In this document: piece by piece, positions 1 through 12,552 of the stretch
How the letters are laid out: each line of letters starts with the position of its first letter
Position numbering within the stretch: the first letter of the stretch is position 1
NCBI GenBank assembly: GCA_964347335.1
Contig: CAYFYO010000005.1
Location: 1,703-65,702, forward strand
DNA from: an uncultured Thermodesulfobacteriota bacterium
Lineage (GTDB): Bacteria; Desulfobacterota; BSN033; WVXP01
Length of the DNA: 64,000 nucleotides
Direction: 5' to 3'
Notes under the pieces: model-generated
What the model was told of the DNA's origin: nothing
Database searches by the model: none
What the model saw: the letters and a program-made list of their open reading frames with translations, nothing else
Made by a program: the position numbers and the translations under genes

Positions 1-288
1 CCGAAAGTTGGGACCGTAACGTTTGATGTTGCCAGGGCGGTCAAAGAGATCAAGGGCGGGAAGGTTGAATTCCGGGTGGAAAAGGCCGGTATCGTCCATG
101 CTCCAGTCGGGAAGCTCTCTTTTGGAGTTGAAAAGCTCACCGAGAACGCTCGATCTCTTCTGGAAGTTGTTCTGCGGGCAAAACCACCCACAAGCAAGGG
201 TATCTACCTGAGGGGAATTGCCTTATCGACCACCATGGGACCGGGGATTAAAGTCGATCCGCTGGAGGTTCGGAGCCTAATCAAATGA
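1..288 (+). CDS. rplA: 50S ribosomal protein L1, C-terminal part (gene starts upstream of window)
   Basis: Frame 1 is open from base 1. Translation [49 protein letters not shown] is typical of L1. It lies directly upstream of rplJ-rplL-rpoBC. Confidence 0.9.
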   Translation, partial: PKVGTVTFDVARAVKEIKGGKVEFRVEKAGIVHAPVGKLSFGVEKLTENARSLLEVVLRAKPPTSKGIYLRGIALSTTMGPGIKVDPLEVRSLIK

Positions 289-312
289 CGTGGGAGCGAG
301 GAGGTTACGTCG

Positions 313-831
313 TTGCTGAGAAAAGATAAGGAGCAGATTGTCTCGGAGATCCAGGGCTCGATCGAAGGCATTCGGGCCGCCATATTGACCGACTACCGCG
401 GGTTGAACGTGGAGGAGATAACACTTCTTCGGGATCAGCTTCGGCAAGCCTCGGTCAAGTATCGGGTGGTTAAGAACGCATTGGTCAAACTGGCACTGAA
501 AGATACCCATCTGGAGCCCCTCGTTGACCACATCAACGGACCGACAGCGCTCGCTATCTCTTACGATGATCCGTTAACCCCTGCAAAGATCCTCGGAGAA
601 TTTAGGAAGAAGCAGCCGAAACTCGAAATCAAGGGGGGATTGGTTGAAGGCAAACTCGTTGATCAGGAGGGCATTAAGAGACTCGCAGAGATTCCGAGTC
701 GAGAAGTGCTGTTAGGGCGTCTGTTGTCGGTCCTCGCGGCTGGACCAACACAACTGATCGGTGTCCTGTCCGCAAATCTGCACAGACTCCTGCAAGTATT
801 GTCTGCGTTCCGACAGCAAAAGGGCGAGTAA
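313..831 (+). CDS. rplJ: 50S ribosomal protein L10
   Basis: 172 aa with TTG start preceded by GAGGAGG. L10-like sequence (RAAILTDYRGLNVEEITLLRDQLR..VVKNAL). Conserved rplJ-rplL order. Confidence 0.9.
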   Translation: MLRKDKEQIVSEIQGSIEGIRAAILTDYRGLNVEEITLLRDQLRQASVKYRVVKNALVKLALKDTHLEPLVDHINGPTALAISYDDPLTPAKILGEFRKKQPKLEIKGGLVEGKLVDQEGIKRLAEIPSREVLLGRLLSVLAAGPTQLIGVLSANLHRLLQVLSAFRQQKGE

Positions 832-921
832 CCTTTTTGCATTCAAGCGTTGATGAAAGAAACCCATTGTCGATTCGGCAGACTGAAACGATAAGTTCAA
901 AAGAAGGAGAAGGAGAGAGAA

Positions 922-1308
922 ATGGCGCAGCTGAAAAGAGAGGATGTCAAGAACTTCATAAAAAACATGACCGTTCTTGAACTCGCAGAGTTTGTCAAGG
1001 AATTGGAAGAAGAGTTCGGTGTTACGGCCGTGGCACCCGTGGCTCCAGCCGCCGCAGCGGGACCTGGGGCAGCTGAGACGGGACCTAAAGAGGAGAAAAC
1101 CGATTTCGAGGTGGTTCTGACAGGGTTCGGGGATAAGAAGATCCAGGTGATCAAGGCGGTCAGAGAACTCACCGGCCTCGGTCTGAAAGAGGCGAAGGAT
1201 TTGGTGGAAGGCGTTCCAAAGACGGTGAAGGAGAGTATCTCCAAGGAAGAGTCAGAGGCTGTCAAGAAAAAACTCGAAGAGGCCGGGGGCACGGTAGAAG
1301 TCAAATAG
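922..1308 (+). CDS. rplL: 50S ribosomal protein L7/L12
   Basis: 128 aa with an Ala/Pro hinge ([15 protein letters not shown]). C-terminal [43 protein letters not shown] is classic L7/L12. Confidence 0.95.
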   Translation: MAQLKREDVKNFIKNMTVLELAEFVKELEEEFGVTAVAPVAPAAAAGPGAAETGPKEEKTDFEVVLTGFGDKKIQVIKAVRELTGLGLKEAKDLVEGVPKTVKESISKEESEAVKKKLEEAGGTVEVK

Positions 1309-1385
1309 TCTCTGATCGAATCCCTTTTAGAAGACAGATTGAAAATTCATGTCTGAAACGGGGAGAAAGGGGTTGATAGATCTCT

Positions 1386-4300
1386 ATGTGGCCACAGAAT
1401 AACCAGAGGTATAGAAAAGACTACTCAAAAATCAAAGAGGTTGCGAGTATCTCCAATCTCATTGATATCCAAGTCCAGTCCTATAACCGGTTCTTGCAAC
1501 ACGACCTGGCTCCTGAAGAGAGGGACGACACGGGACTCCAGGGGGTTTTCAAGAGTGTCTTTCCCATCACTGATTTCTATGATACGGCCTCCCTGGAGTT
1601 TGTCAGTTTTCGTCTCGGAGACCCCAAGTACGACGTGGATGAATGCGTACTCAAAGGAGCCACGTATGCCGCACCCATCAAAGTCACCCTCCGACTGGTC
1701 CTCTATGACATCGACGATGAGACGGGAAGGCGGGACATCAAAGCGATGAAGGAGCAAGAGGTATATTTCGGTGAAATTCCTCTGATGACAACGAATGGTA
1801 CCTTCATCATCAACGGAACGGAAAGGGTCATCGTCAGCCAACTGCACCGATCTCCTGGCGTATTCTTCGATTCTGATCAAGGAAAGGGAGGAGGCAAGAC
1901 AATTTACTTCGCCCGGATCATTCCTTATCGGGGTTCCTGGATCGATTTTGAATTTGATAGCAAGGACATTCTCCACGTCCGAATCGACCGGAGGAGAAAG
2001 CTCGCGGTGACAGTCCTTCTTAAGGCGCTGGGGTATTCGACACAGGAGTTGCTCGACTATTTCTACCTTCGCGAAAAAGTCTCTCGCCGAAACGGCCGGT
2101 TTGTGAAGGAGGTCCCCTTTGATCTGCTTGAAGGCCAGAGATCACTGGAAGATATCGTCGACCCGAAGAACAAGCAGGTCATCGTAAAAAAACTGAGAAA
2201 GATCAATAACGCGATGATCAAACGGCTGAAAGCCGCCGGTATCAATACCTTGGTGGTGAACGAGTCGGATCTTCTCGACCATTACCTAGCCGAGGAACTC
2301 GTGGACCGAGAGACAGGTGAGGTCATTGCTGAGTGTAACGAGATGATTACGGAGGAACTTCTCCGGGAAATCAAGAAACGTAAGATTCCGGGGTTTGATC
2401 TTCTATTCATCGATAACATCACGGTGAGTTCTTCCTTGAGAGACACCCTGGTCGTGGACAAAATCTCATTGACAAAGGAGGAAAAGGAGAGGCTTGCCCA
2501 GAGCGAACCAAGTAAACTCCCACAGCAGAAAGAGACTGAGAAGGCCATCGTCGAAATCTACCGGCGCCTGCGACCCGGCGATCCTCCCACTCTGGAGACA
2601 GCGACCAACCTTTTCTACAACCTGTTTTTCAACCCAGAACGATATGACCTTTCCCGGGTGGGGAGGATGAAGCTTAACTATAAGCTTAAACTGAAAGACG
2701 TCCCGGAGGATGAGACGGTCCTGAGACGTGAGGATATTCTCGAAGTTGTCCGCTACCTGATAAACCTCAAAGACGGCCGTGGAACAGTCGATGATATCGA
2801 CCACTTGGGTAACCGAAGAGTACGGACAGTCGGTGAACTTTTGGAGAATCAGTATCATATAGGCCTGGTGCGAATTGAAAGGGCCATTCGCGAGCGAATG
2901 AGCCTCCAGGAAATTGAGACCCTGATGCCTCATGATTTGATTAACTCGAAGCCGTTGTCAGCTGTCATAAAGGAATTCTTCGGAAGCAGTCAGCTCTCTC
3001 AGTTCATGGATCAGACCAACCCGCTGTCAGAGATCACCCATAAAAGAAGACTAAGCGCTCTAGGGCCTGGGGGGCTGACCAGAGAGAGGGCCGGATTTGA
3101 GGTTCGTGACGTCCATCCGACACATTACGGGAGAATCTGTCCCATTGAGACCCCTGAAGGACCCAATATTGGACTGATCACCTCGCTCAGTACCCATGCC
3201 AGGATCAATGAGTACGGTTTCATAGAGACACCCTACCGGGAGGTGACCAACGGCCGTGTGACGGATCGAATCCGGTACTTGTTTGCCCTCGATGAAGAGG
3301 ATGCCGTTATCGCTCAGGCGAATGCCCCCTTGGACGGAAGGGGACGCTTTGTCAATTCCCTCGTCTCTGCCAGAAAGGGAGGGGAATTCGTCATGGTGAA
3401 GCCTGAGGAAATCCAATTTATGGACGTCTCTCCAAAGCAGCTTGTCAGTGTTGCGACATCGCTGATCCCATTTCTCGAACACGACGACGCCAACAGAGCG
3501 CTCATGGGATCAAACATGCAGCGGCAGGCTGTCCCTCTTCTCATAACCGACGCACCCCTTGTGGGAACGGGGATGGAAACGATCGTCGCAAAGGACTCAG
3601 GCGTAACGGTGGTGGCCAGGAGGGACGGAATTGTTGAAGAGGTTGACGCTTCAAGGATCGTTGTGCGTTGCGACCAGGTTCATGACGACACCGATCCAGG
3701 TGTGGACAATTACAACCTCGTGAAATATCAACGATCCAACCAGAACACCTGCATCAATCAGAAGCCAATCGTCTCCAAGGGAGAACGCGTCAAAGCTGGA
3801 CAGATTATCGCGGACGGCCCAGCGACTCACATGGGTGAACTCGCTCTGGGTCGCAACGTCCTGGTGGCCTTTATGCCATGGGGAGGTTACAATTTCGAAG
3901 ATTCGATCCTCATCAGCGAGAAGCTCTTGAAAGATGATGCTTACACATCCATCCATATCGAAGAGCTGGAGTGCACAGCCAGGGATACTAAACTCGGCAA
4001 AGAGGAAATCACTCGGGATATCCCCAATGTGGGTGAGGAAGCCCTGAAGGATTTGGACGAAAGCGGGATTGTCCGGATAGGTGCTGAGGTGGCACCGGGA
4101 GACATCCTGGTGGGCAAGGTCACACCGAAGGGAGAGACCCAGCTTTCTCCTGAGGAAAAACTCCTCCGGGCGATATTTGGAGAGAAGGCAGGTGATGTCA
4201 GGGATACATCCCTTCGGGCCCCACACGGTATCGAGGGCATCGTTATCGACGCGAAGGTTTTCTCACGAAAAGGTGTCGAGAAGGATGAGAGAAGCAAGGC

Positions 4301-5558
4301 TATTGAGGATCAAGAACGAGCACGGTTATTGAAGAATCAGTCTGATGAGATTCGGATCATTAATGAGAGCGCTCGACGAAAGATGGAAAGACTACTGCTG
4401 GGGAAAAAGCTGGCGGCGCCTTTGACGGAACACAAGAGGAAGACCGTTCTCTTAGAGGCTGGCAAGAAGATCACGGCCGAGGCCCTTAAGTCTATCCCCA
4501 CAACGAGGTTGGTTGATGTGCCGGTCAGTAACGAGATGGTCGAGCTGAGGCTTAGGGACATACTGGAAGGCGCTGAAGCTCAAATGGATCGAGTGAGGGA
4601 GAAATTTGAAGAGAAGATCGCTAAACTCCGGATGGGCGATGAACTTCCTCCTGGAGTGATTAAGACGGTCAAGGTCTATGTGGCCATCAAGCGGCACCTT
4701 TCAGTCGGCGACAAGATGTCCGGAAGGCACGGTAACAAAGGGATCATCTCGCGAATCCTACCAGAAGAGGATATGCCCTACACAGAGGATGGCACCCCCG
4801 TTGAGGTGGTCCTGAATCCTCTGGGTGTCCCCTCGAGAATGAATGTGGGGCAGATCCTGGAGACTCATCTGGGCTGGGCAGCCAAAGGACTGGGAGCGCA
4901 GATTCAGCGGTTCTTGGAGAGGAATTACAGTCCGACTTCCCTGAGAAAGCAGATCAAGTCCATTTATAAATCCAAGGACGTGGACAAATACGTCAATGGG
5001 TGTAGTGATAAGGAAATTGTTGAACTTGCGAAGAAGATAAGCCAGGGAGTCTATATGGCAGTCCCCGTCTTTGATGGCGCTTCGGAGCAAGAAATTAAAG
5101 AGACACTCGAGAAAGCCAACCTTCCGATTACTGGCCAGACAGCCCTTTATGACGGAAGGAATGGAGAGGCCTTTGATCATAAAGTGACCATCGGCTACAT
5201 GTATCTCCTGAAGCTGCACCATCTCGTGGACGAGAAGATCCATGCCAGGTCGATTGGTCCCTATTCGCTGGTCACACAGCAGCCTCTTGGCGGAAAGGCC
5301 CAATTCGGTGGACAGCGATTAGGAGAGATGGAAGTCTGGGCCCTCGAGGCCTATGGAGCAGCCCACTCTCTCCAGGAATTCCTGACCGTCAAATCCGACG
5401 ATGTGGGGGGGAGGACCAGGGCTTACGAGGCAATTGTTCGAGGCGAACACGTGCTGGAACCAGGATTACCGGAATCGTTCAATGTCCTCGTCAAAGAGCT
5501 TCAAAGCTTGGGCCTCGATGTGGAACTCCTTGAGGACAAAAGCACTCGTCGTCAATAA
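1386..5558 (+). CDS. rpoB: DNA-directed RNA polymerase beta subunit
   Basis: 1390 aa with hallmark beta motifs ([69 protein letters not shown]). Confidence 0.98.
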   Translation: MWPQNNQRYRKDYSKIKEVASISNLIDIQVQSYNRFLQHDLAPEERDDTGLQGVFKSVFPITDFYDTASLEFVSFRLGDPKYDVDECVLKGATYAAPIKVTLRLVLYDIDDETGRRDIKAMKEQEVYFGEIPLMTTNGTFIINGTERVIVSQLHRSPGVFFDSDQGKGGGKTIYFARIIPYRGSWIDFEFDSKDILHVRIDRRRKLAVTVLLKALGYSTQELLDYFYLREKVSRRNGRFVKEVPFDLLEGQRSLEDIVDPKNKQVIVKKLRKINNAMIKRLKAAGINTLVVNESDLLDHYLAEELVDRETGEVIAECNEMITEELLREIKKRKIPGFDLLFIDNITVSSSLRDTLVVDKISLTKEEKERLAQSEPSKLPQQKETEKAIVEIYRRLRPGDPPTLETATNLFYNLFFNPERYDLSRVGRMKLNYKLKLKDVPEDETVLRREDILEVVRYLINLKDGRGTVDDIDHLGNRRVRTVGELLENQYHIGLVRIERAIRERMSLQEIETLMPHDLINSKPLSAVIKEFFGSSQLSQFMDQTNPLSEITHKRRLSALGPGGLTRERAGFEVRDVHPTHYGRICPIETPEGPNIGLITSLSTHARINEYGFIETPYREVTNGRVTDRIRYLFALDEEDAVIAQANAPLDGRGRFVNSLVSARKGGEFVMVKPEEIQFMDVSPKQLVSVATSLIPFLEHDDANRALMGSNMQRQAVPLLITDAPLVGTGMETIVAKDSGVTVVARRDGIVEEVDASRIVVRCDQVHDDTDPGVDNYNLVKYQRSNQNTCINQKPIVSKGERVKAGQIIADGPATHMGELALGRNVLVAFMPWGGYNFEDSILISEKLLKDDAYTSIHIEELECTARDTKLGKEEITRDIPNVGEEALKDLDESGIVRIGAEVAPGDILVGKVTPKGETQLSPEEKLLRAIFGEKAGDVRDTSLRAPHGIEGIVIDAKVFSRKGVEKDERSKAIEDQERARLLKNQSDEIRIINESARRKMERLLLGKKLAAPLTEHKRKTVLLEAGKKITAEALKSIPTTRLVDVPVSNEMVELRLRDILEGAEAQMDRVREKFEEKIAKLRMGDELPPGVIKTVKVYVAIKRHLSVGDKMSGRHGNKGIISRILPEEDMPYTEDGTPVEVVLNPLGVPSRMNVGQILETHLGWAAKGLGAQIQRFLERNYSPTSLRKQIKSIYKSKDVDKYVNGCSDKEIVELAKKISQGVYMAVPVFDGASEQEIKETLEKANLPITGQTALYDGRNGEAFDHKVTIGYMYLLKLHHLVDEKIHARSIGPYSLVTQQPLGGKAQFGGQRLGEMEVWALEAYGAAHSLQEFLTVKSDDVGGRTRAYEAIVRGEHVLEPGLPESFNVLVKELQSLGLDVELLEDKSTRRQ

Positions 5559-5599
5559 CAAGCTATCCATACCACAGAGGAAACAATAGGGAGGACGTT

Positions 5600-8500
5600 T
5601 TGGAAGACTATCTCAACTTTCTCGAAAAGCCGAAAAGTCCTTTAAGCTTCAATGCGATTCGAATCTCTATCGCCTCTCCTGAAAAGATTGAGTCGTGGTC
5701 TCATGGAGAGGTGAAAAAACCAGAAACCATCAACTATCGAACCTTCAAACCCGAAAAAGATGGCCTCTTCTGTGCCAAGATCTTTGGCCCTGTCAAAGAC
5801 TATGAGTGTAACTGTGGCAAGTACAAGCGCATGAAACACCGCGGCATCGTCTGCGAGAAATGTGGTGTCGAGGTGATCCAGTCCAAGGTCCGCCGTGAAA
5901 GAATGGGCCACATTCGACTCGCCACTCCGGTCGCTCACATCTGGTTTCTCAAGAGCATTCCAAGCAAAATCGGTGTTCTTCTCGACATCACCTTGAGGGA
6001 TCTGGAACGGGTCTTGTATTTTGAGGCCTACGTTGTGATTGACCCGGGAAGCTCCCCACTCAAGAAGAGTGAACTACTCTCAGAGGATAAGTGTCGGGAC
6101 GCCACTCGAAAGTTTCCTGATCTCGTTGTTGGACAAGGGGCGGAGGCTGTGAGAAATCTTCTGGCTTCAACAGAGGTGAAGGAGCTTTCTGAACAACTCC
6201 GTCTCGACATGCGAGAAACCACCTCAGAAGCCAAAAAGAAGAAACTTGCAAAGCGTCTCAGAATCCTCGAGGCATTCAGAGATTCAGACAACAAGCCGGA
6301 ATGGATGATCATGGAAGTCATTCCAGTGATTCCACCGGACCTGAGGCCCCTGGTACCGCTCGATGGAGGCAGGTTTGCCACATCTGACCTGAATGACCTC
6401 TATCGCAGGGTCATTAACCGAAACAACCGGCTCAAGAGGCTGTTGGAACTCAATGCCCCGGATATTATCATCAGAAACGAGAAAAGAATGCTCCAGGAGG
6501 CGGTTGATGCCCTTTTTGACAACGGGAAGAGAGGTCGCACCATCCTCGGGGCCAACAAGAAACCACTCAAGTCTCTGAGCGACATGCTCCGGGGAAAACA
6601 GGGACGGTTTCGCCAGAACCTCCTCGGCAAGCGTGTGGACTATTCAGGGCGTTCTGTCATTGTCGTGGGTCCGGAGCTGAAACTCCATCAGTGCGGCCTT
6701 CCGAAGAAGATGGCACTGGAGCTCTTCAAGCCATTTATTTACAACAAGCTAGAAACAAAGAGCCTTGTATCGACCATCAAGAGCGCGAAGAAGATGGTGG
6801 AGAAAGAAAAGCCCGAGGTTTGGGATGTCCTCGATGAGGTCATTCGCGAGCACCCGGTGCTACTCAACCGAGCTCCGACCTTGCATCGGCTCGGCATCCA
6901 GGCCTTTGAACCAGTTCTGATTGAAGGAAAGGCCATCCAACTCCATCCCCTTGTTTGCTCCGCCTTTAACGCCGATTTTGACGGGGATCAGATGGCCGTT
7001 CATGTCCCAGTCTCGGTCGAATCCCAAGCCGAGGCTCGAATCCTCATGATGTCCACCAACAATATCCTTTCTCCAGCTCACGGAAAACCCATCATTGTAC
7101 CGACACAGGATATTGTCCTGGGGATTTATTATATGACGAAGGAAAGGCCCGAGTCCAAGGGAGAAGGGAAGGCTTTCACGAATCCTGAAGAGGTTCGTGT
7201 GGCGTTCGATGCCGGGGCCATCGATCTCCATGCAGGGATAAAGGTGCGCGTGAACGGTGAAATGTATCAGACGACGGTGGGCCGAGTCCTGTTGAAAGAG
7301 ATCGTCCCAAAAGAGGTCCCATTCTCGATCATCAACAAGGTCATGAATAAGGGGGAATTGGGTAACCTCATCGACTATACCTATCGAGTGGCGGGAGAGA
7401 AAGAAACCGTCATTCTGGCTGACCGTGTTAAGAACCTCGGGTATCAATATGCAACTCAGGCCGGGATCTCGATGTGTATTGACAATATGCTCATTCCACC
7501 GAACAAAGAGAGGTTTCTTGACGAAGCCAACAAAGAGGTTCAGGAGGTGAGGGAACAGTACACAGAAGGACTCATTACCGATGGTGAGCGCTACAATAAA
7601 GTCATCGACATCTGGTCCCAGGTGACGGAGAAAATTGCCGATGTGATGCTTGGAGAGCTGGGCACAGAGGAGCTGACGACCAAGGATGGGAAGAAGGTTC
7701 GTGTACCGAGTATGAACCCGATATTCATCATGGCCGACTCCGGAGCCAGGGGCAGCGCCCAGCAGATCAGGCAGTTGGCAGGAATGAGGGGTCTGATGGC
7801 AAAGCCCTCAGGAGAGATCATCGAGACTCCGATTACCGCAAATTTCAGGGAGGGGCTTACCGTCTTGCAGTATTTCATCTCGACTCACGGCGCCAGAAAG
7901 GGATTGGCGGATACAGCTTTGAAAACAGCCAATTCCGGTTACCTGACCCGGCGGTTGGTCGATGTGGCGCAGGACGTCATTATTACCGAATATGACTGCG
8001 AGACCCTCGATGGGATAGAAGCCACTGCCTTGATTGAGGGTGGGGAAATCATCGAGACCCTGGCAGGTCGAATTCTCGGCCGTGTGGCGCTCGAAGGCAT
8101 CAAGGACCCCTTTACGGGCGAGGTCTTGGTAAACGGCAATGAGGAGATTGACGAGGAGGTAGCGACGCGGATCGTTGACGCCGGTATAGATCGGGTTAAG
8201 ATTCGGTCTGTTTTGACCTGCAAATCGAGACGCGGTGTTTGTGCACTCTGCTATGGAAGGGATCTTGCCAGAGGCCGACTGGTTAACGTGGGGGAGGCCA
8301 TCGGGATTATCGCTGCCCAGTCTATTGGGGAGCCTGGGACGCAGCTGACGATGAGAACCTTCCACATCGGCGGGACGGCCAGTCGTCGTGCCGAGCAGAC
8401 GGCTCTGGAGACGAGGATTCCTGGGAAGGTTAAGTTTGAGAACGTAAAAACCGTGCGGAATAGAGATGGGGATCTCATCGTTATGAACCGGAACGGCGAA

Positions 8501-9730
8501 ATCGCTATACTCGATGAAGACAACCGGGAGAGACGTCGCTATTCGGTCATCTACGGGGCAAAGCTGAAAGTCAAAGATGGTCAAAAGATCAAAGAAGGAC
8601 AGATGCTTGCCGAATGGGATCCCTATTCGATTCCGATTTTGACAGAATTGCCGGGACGTGTGAAGTTCGGGGATATCATCGAAGGGGTCACGATGCAGGA
8701 AAAGGTCGATGACTTCACAGGTCTGTCGCGAAAGGTGATCATAGAACCGAAAGATTCGAATCTCCGCCCGAGGATTTCTATCAAAGACGACACAGGGAGG
8801 ACCCTTCAAATACCGGAATCGGCTTCAGCTGCCCGATACCTTCTTTCGGTCGGATCGAATATCCTCGTGGCAGAGGGAGACATGGTTGAGGCCGGTGATG
8901 TGCTCGTCAAAATCCCGAGAGAAACGACAAAAACAAAAGACATTACGGGCGGCCTGCCTCGTGTGGCGGAACTCTTCGAAGCACGCCGACCCAAGGAGTT
9001 TGCCGTTATCAGTGAGATCAATGGGACGGTCTCCTTTGGTAAAGATGTGAAAGGGAAGCGGAAGGTCATCATCACCCCCGAGGTGGGTGACCCTCGAGAA
9101 TACTCCTTCTCTCGGGACAAACATATCAGTGTCCATGAAGGAGATTATGTGAAGGCTGGGGAGCCCTTGATGGATGGACCTGCGAATCCCCACGATATCC
9201 TTCGGGTTCTGGGAGACAAAGAGTTGGCGAAGTACCTTGTCGATGAGATCCAAGAAGTCTATAAACTCCAGGGCGTCAGGATCAATGACAAGCACATCGA
9301 GGTTATCGTCCGCCAGATGCTGAAACGGGTCCGCATCAAAGAAGTTGGCGATACCAGCTTCCTGGTGGATGATCAGGTCGAGAAAACCGCCTTCGAAGAA
9401 GAAAATGCACGAGTCCTTGCCCAAGGGGGAAAGCCCGCGATCGCAGAGCCTTTGTTTCTGGGAATTACCAAGGCCTCGCTCATTACCGACAGTTTCATAT
9501 CGGCTGCCTCTTTCCAGGAAACCACCAAGGTTCTCACCCAGGCAGCTGTGGCTGCGAAGACTGATTTTCTCAGGGGCCTCAAAGAGAATGTGATCATGGG
9601 CCGTTTGATCCCAGCTGGCAGCGGCCTGGATAAATACACCGGTCTGAGAATCCACGTAGAAGGGTATGAACAAGAGGAACCGCAAGAACTCTATGGTGAG
9701 ACGGAAGAACTTCAGATAGCAGAGTCGTAG
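5600..9730 (+). CDS. rpoC: DNA-directed RNA polymerase beta' subunit
   Basis: 1376 aa with TTG start. Zn-finger [15 protein letters not shown], catalytic [12 protein letters not shown], and trigger-loop/bridge regions. Confidence 0.98.
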   Translation: MEDYLNFLEKPKSPLSFNAIRISIASPEKIESWSHGEVKKPETINYRTFKPEKDGLFCAKIFGPVKDYECNCGKYKRMKHRGIVCEKCGVEVIQSKVRRERMGHIRLATPVAHIWFLKSIPSKIGVLLDITLRDLERVLYFEAYVVIDPGSSPLKKSELLSEDKCRDATRKFPDLVVGQGAEAVRNLLASTEVKELSEQLRLDMRETTSEAKKKKLAKRLRILEAFRDSDNKPEWMIMEVIPVIPPDLRPLVPLDGGRFATSDLNDLYRRVINRNNRLKRLLELNAPDIIIRNEKRMLQEAVDALFDNGKRGRTILGANKKPLKSLSDMLRGKQGRFRQNLLGKRVDYSGRSVIVVGPELKLHQCGLPKKMALELFKPFIYNKLETKSLVSTIKSAKKMVEKEKPEVWDVLDEVIREHPVLLNRAPTLHRLGIQAFEPVLIEGKAIQLHPLVCSAFNADFDGDQMAVHVPVSVESQAEARILMMSTNNILSPAHGKPIIVPTQDIVLGIYYMTKERPESKGEGKAFTNPEEVRVAFDAGAIDLHAGIKVRVNGEMYQTTVGRVLLKEIVPKEVPFSIINKVMNKGELGNLIDYTYRVAGEKETVILADRVKNLGYQYATQAGISMCIDNMLIPPNKERFLDEANKEVQEVREQYTEGLITDGERYNKVIDIWSQVTEKIADVMLGELGTEELTTKDGKKVRVPSMNPIFIMADSGARGSAQQIRQLAGMRGLMAKPSGEIIETPITANFREGLTVLQYFISTHGARKGLADTALKTANSGYLTRRLVDVAQDVIITEYDCETLDGIEATALIEGGEIIETLAGRILGRVALEGIKDPFTGEVLVNGNEEIDEEVATRIVDAGIDRVKIRSVLTCKSRRGVCALCYGRDLARGRLVNVGEAIGIIAAQSIGEPGTQLTMRTFHIGGTASRRAEQTALETRIPGKVKFENVKTVRNRDGDLIVMNRNGEIAILDEDNRERRRYSVIYGAKLKVKDGQKIKEGQMLAEWDPYSIPILTELPGRVKFGDIIEGVTMQEKVDDFTGLSRKVIIEPKDSNLRPRISIKDDTGRTLQIPESASAARYLLSVGSNILVAEGDMVEAGDVLVKIPRETTKTKDITGGLPRVAELFEARRPKEFAVISEINGTVSFGKDVKGKRKVIITPEVGDPREYSFSRDKHISVHEGDYVKAGEPLMDGPANPHDILRVLGDKELAKYLVDEIQEVYKLQGVRINDKHIEVIVRQMLKRVRIKEVGDTSFLVDDQVEKTAFEEENARVLAQGGKPAIAEPLFLGITKASLITDSFISAASFQETTKVLTQAAVAAKTDFLRGLKENVIMGRLIPAGSGLDKYTGLRIHVEGYEQEEPQELYGETEELQIAES

Positions 9731-9756
9731 CGGAACCAATCGAAGATACCAGGAAC

Positions 9757-9800
9757 GGAAACCCCGCCAAGATTTAAGAGACCATGGCGGGGTTTTCCAT
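9757..9800 (+). terminator. Probable terminator hairpin after rpoC
   Basis: GGAAACCCCGCC - 17 nt loop - GGCGGGGTTTTCC, lying 27 nt after the rpoC stop. The T-run is partly inside the stem. Confidence 0.5.
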
Positions 9801-9874
9801 TATCTAGCCTGCATGATTCACGAATCTTTGGGATTCATGAATAATCCGGGCGAGGTTGTAGTATACTGAGAATC

Positions 9875-11077
9875 ATGGTCCGTCGTCGCAAGGATAGCAA
9901 TCAGAACCTCCAGCACATTGTGGCCGAGAGAACGGCCAAGTTGACGGAATCGGAAGCGAGGTATCGCAGGCTCTTCGAAGGCTCAAAAGACGCGATTTAC
10001 ATTTCCACCGTCGATGGCCGATTCCTAGACGTGAATCAGTCGGCCGTTGAAACATTTGGTTATGAAAGCAAGGAAGAACTTCTGACCATTGACATTCCCC
10101 ACGATCTTTACGTGAATCCCGAAGACCGTGGGAAAATGAAGGAGGAGATTCAAAAGAAGGGCTTTGTCAAGGACTACGAACAGAGGCTAAAGAAGAAAGA
10201 TGGGACGGAGATCTTCGTCCTCATCACATCTAATCTCATCCGTGATACTCTGGGTAACCCGATTGGGTATGAAGGCATCATCCGAGACATTACGGAACGA
10301 AAAACGCTCGATGCAGAATTGAGAAAGACCCAGAACTACCTCGTTCAGGCCGCCAAAATGAGAGCCCTCGGAGATCTGGTCGCCGGGGTTGCTCACGAGC
10401 TGAACAACCCATTGATGGCTTCTGATGCAGTCCTTCATGTCCTTTATGAAAGCCTCCATGAACATCCCGCCAATAGAAAGCGGGTGGAGTTGGTCCAGGA
10501 ATGCAATCGAAGGATGGCGATGATCATCAATCATCTGAGAGAATTCTCTCGCCAAGCCGAGGCCAAGTCTGAGCCCCTGGATATCAATGTCCCCATCGAA
10601 AATGCACTAATGATTGTAGGGCAACAACTCCTCAACGATAACATCTCGACGATGAAGAACCTGACTTCTGATCTTCCGAAGATTCTCGGAGATTCCAGTC
10701 AGTTGGAACAGGTTTTCCTCAATCTGATCTCGAATGCTCGAGACGCCATGGAGACCGAAGAGGGCCGGAGGGAGCTGACCATTCAGACCAATCTCGTTGA
10801 GACTAAGGATCATCGAGAGATACGGGTCACGATAAGTGATACCGGGAAAGGCATCCCAAAAGGCATCCTAGAGAAAATCTACGAACCCTTCTTCACGACG
10901 AAGGATGTCAAGAAGGGAATGGGACTCGGTCTGTCCATATGTTATGGAATTATTGAAGGCCATGGAGGACGGATCGAGGTCGACAGCCAGGAAGGTCGGG
11001 AAACAACCTTTCGGATCTTCCTCCCGGTGCTCAAAGGAGGTCAACATGTCACAGAGAATCCTCGTCGTCGACGATGA
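9875..11077 (+). CDS. PAS-domain sensor histidine kinase (soluble)
   Basis: 400 aa. Coiled N-terminus and PAS (RYRRLFEGSKDAIYIS..GYEGIIRDITERK). H-box AGVAHELNNPL. N/G boxes LISNARDAM and DTGKGIP..GMGLGL. Confidence 0.9.
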   Translation: MVRRRKDSNQNLQHIVAERTAKLTESEARYRRLFEGSKDAIYISTVDGRFLDVNQSAVETFGYESKEELLTIDIPHDLYVNPEDRGKMKEEIQKKGFVKDYEQRLKKKDGTEIFVLITSNLIRDTLGNPIGYEGIIRDITERKTLDAELRKTQNYLVQAAKMRALGDLVAGVAHELNNPLMASDAVLHVLYESLHEHPANRKRVELVQECNRRMAMIINHLREFSRQAEAKSEPLDINVPIENALMIVGQQLLNDNISTMKNLTSDLPKILGDSSQLEQVFLNLISNARDAMETEEGRRELTIQTNLVETKDHREIRVTISDTGKGIPKGILEKIYEPFFTTKDVKKGMGLGLSICYGIIEGHGGRIEVDSQEGRETTFRIFLPVLKGGQHVTENPRRRR

Positions 11078-11444
11078 TGAACTCGTTCTTGCTGCCCTCG
11101 TCGAACTCTTTTCACCCAAGGGATGGACTGTCATGACCGCCTCCAGTGGACCTCAAGCTCTCAAGAAACTCGAGAGAGAACATTTTGATCTCCTCATCCT
11201 TGACATCATCATGCCTCGGATGGATGGGTATGAGCTCTGCCGAAAAATCAGGGCCATGGAGGGATACACGAAAATCCCCGTCATCATGCTCACTGCCAAA
11301 AACGGCGAAGAGGAGCACAATAGGGGATTGGATGCCGGAGCCAACCTTTTCCTCCCAAAACCGATCTCCCCTCAGCGCCTCCTCGAGTTGATCGAGGCGA
11401 GCCTTCCGAAGGAGTCAGGAAACAGAAGTCAGAATGAAGGCTAA
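11046..11444 (+). CDS. Response regulator, receiver domain only
   Basis: The ATG at 11046 gives MSQRILVVDDDELV..DLLILDIIMPRMDGYEL..PVIMLTAK, a CheY-like fold. The longer track ORF from 10905 overlaps the kinase and is rejected. Confidence 0.85.
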   Translation: MSQRILVVDDDELVLAALVELFSPKGWTVMTASSGPQALKKLEREHFDLLILDIIMPRMDGYELCRKIRAMEGYTKIPVIMLTAKNGEEEHNRGLDAGANLFLPKPISPQRLLELIEASLPKESGNRSQNEG

Positions 11445-11549
11445 GTCGCGTGCACTGAAAAACGTGAATTGGCCTTCTGGTCCTCATCCTATATGTATGC
11501 TGACTTCTGAGTTCCTGCATACAAAAAAAGGTCTGCCAGACCTCCTTTC

Positions 11550-11578
11550 TTGACAGAACTTTGGGAGTTGTTTAATAT
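11550..11578 (+). promoter_or_regulatory. Sigma-70-type promoter of the B12-regulated operon
   Basis: TTGACA (11550-11555), 17 nt spacer, TAATAT (11573-11578). It sits just upstream of the riboswitch. Confidence 0.6.
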
Positions 11579-11594
11579 AAAGGGCTTAGAAAAA

Positions 11595-11901
11595 ATGAGT
11601 TGTGTCCAGGTGGTTCCTTCGGGAGCCGAAGAGGGAAGACGGTGGAAATCCGTCGCGGACCCGCCGCTGTGATCCCGCCTTCACCGATATGGTGAGGGGA
11701 AAACAGGAGCCTTTTCTCGACGGAACTACGGATCAAGGGTCGAAGCCACTGTCCCGCCTCAGCCGGGATGGGAAGGCGAACAGGAGAATCGGGAGAGCCA
11801 GAAGACCTGCCTGGACATGCTTCACAGTTGTCTCCGAGGGTGAGACAGTGAAGGGTCTTGTCGACTGATGATCCGGTTGCCCTCTGGGGACCGGTTTTTT
11901 T
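11595..11901 (+). promoter_or_regulatory. Cobalamin (B12) riboswitch with terminator expression platform
   Basis: Core AGAGGGAAGACGGTGGAAATCCGTCGCGGACCCGCCGCTGTGA, then B12 box AGCCACTG (about 11743-11751) followed by GGGAAGGC. It ends in an intrinsic terminator. The downstream genes are B12 uptake genes. Confidence 0.9.
11873..11901 (+). terminator. Intrinsic terminator (riboswitch OFF state)
   Basis: CCGGTTGCCCTCTGGGGACCGG followed by TTTTTTT, 14 nt before the exbB start. Confidence 0.8.
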
Positions 11902-11914
11902 GTTTGAGGATCTC

Positions 11915-12550
11915 ATGTTCAACTTGATCGCGAGGGGGGGACCGATTATGTATCCCCTTCTCCTGTGTTCTATCACGTCTGTTGCCATTGTCGTAGAGCG
12001 TGCAATTTTCTGGTTCCGCATGAGCCGCATAAGTGACAGGGGCCTTATTGTTCGGATACTCGAGCTTGCTGAGCAAGGCGCATACGATGTCGCCTATGAG
12101 GTTGGGAAGGGGTCGAAGGACTACATTGTCAGAATGCTGATCAATGGAATCGCCCATCGACACTACTCCCTGCCGCGAGCTCTTGAAATGAGTGCCGATG
12201 AGGCAATAAAAAGAATGCGGCGCTACCTGAACATCCTAGATACCATTATCACCGTGGCCCCTCTTCTGGGCATCTTTGGTACGGTCCTGGGTATCATCAA
12301 CTCATTCGACATCCTCGGGCTTGCTCAGATTGCCCAGCCCCAAGTGGTCACAAAAGGAATCGCACAGGCCTTGATCACCACTGCGGCAGGGTTGGCGGTC
12401 GCCATTGTTACCCTCATCCCTTACAACTACTTTCTGTCTCGAATTGACCATTTCTCGAAAGAGATGGAGAAATTCGCTAGCAGCCTTGAAATCACCTTTG
12501 AGAGAAACCAGAACCAGAAAGAGGGTTCCGGCCCTCAGGAGAGAATCTAG
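11915..12550 (+). CDS. exbB: MotA/TolQ/ExbB proton-channel protein
   Basis: The ATG at 11915 follows GAGGA and lies after the terminator; the track ORF start at 11858 lies inside the riboswitch. Three TM segments and the motif GIAQALITTAAGLAVAI. Confidence 0.85.
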   Translation: MFNLIARGGPIMYPLLLCSITSVAIVVERAIFWFRMSRISDRGLIVRILELAEQGAYDVAYEVGKGSKDYIVRMLINGIAHRHYSLPRALEMSADEAIKRMRRYLNILDTIITVAPLLGIFGTVLGIINSFDILGLAQIAQPQVVTKGIAQALITTAAGLAVAIVTLIPYNYFLSRIDHFSKEMEKFASSLEITFERNQNQKEGSGPQERI

Positions 12551-12552
12551 AG

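Noticed and set aside
7808-9739. Long antisense ORFs (333 aa and 304 aa) opposite rpoC, with similar ones opposite rpoB
   Set aside because: These are shadow ORFs of highly expressed, codon-biased genes. The sense-strand identity is unambiguous.
10905-11045. N-terminal extension of the response-regulator ORF (track start 10905)
   Set aside because: The extension lies in an alternative frame of the kinase ATP-binding domain. The canonical receiver begins at the ATG at 11046 (MSQRILVVDDD).
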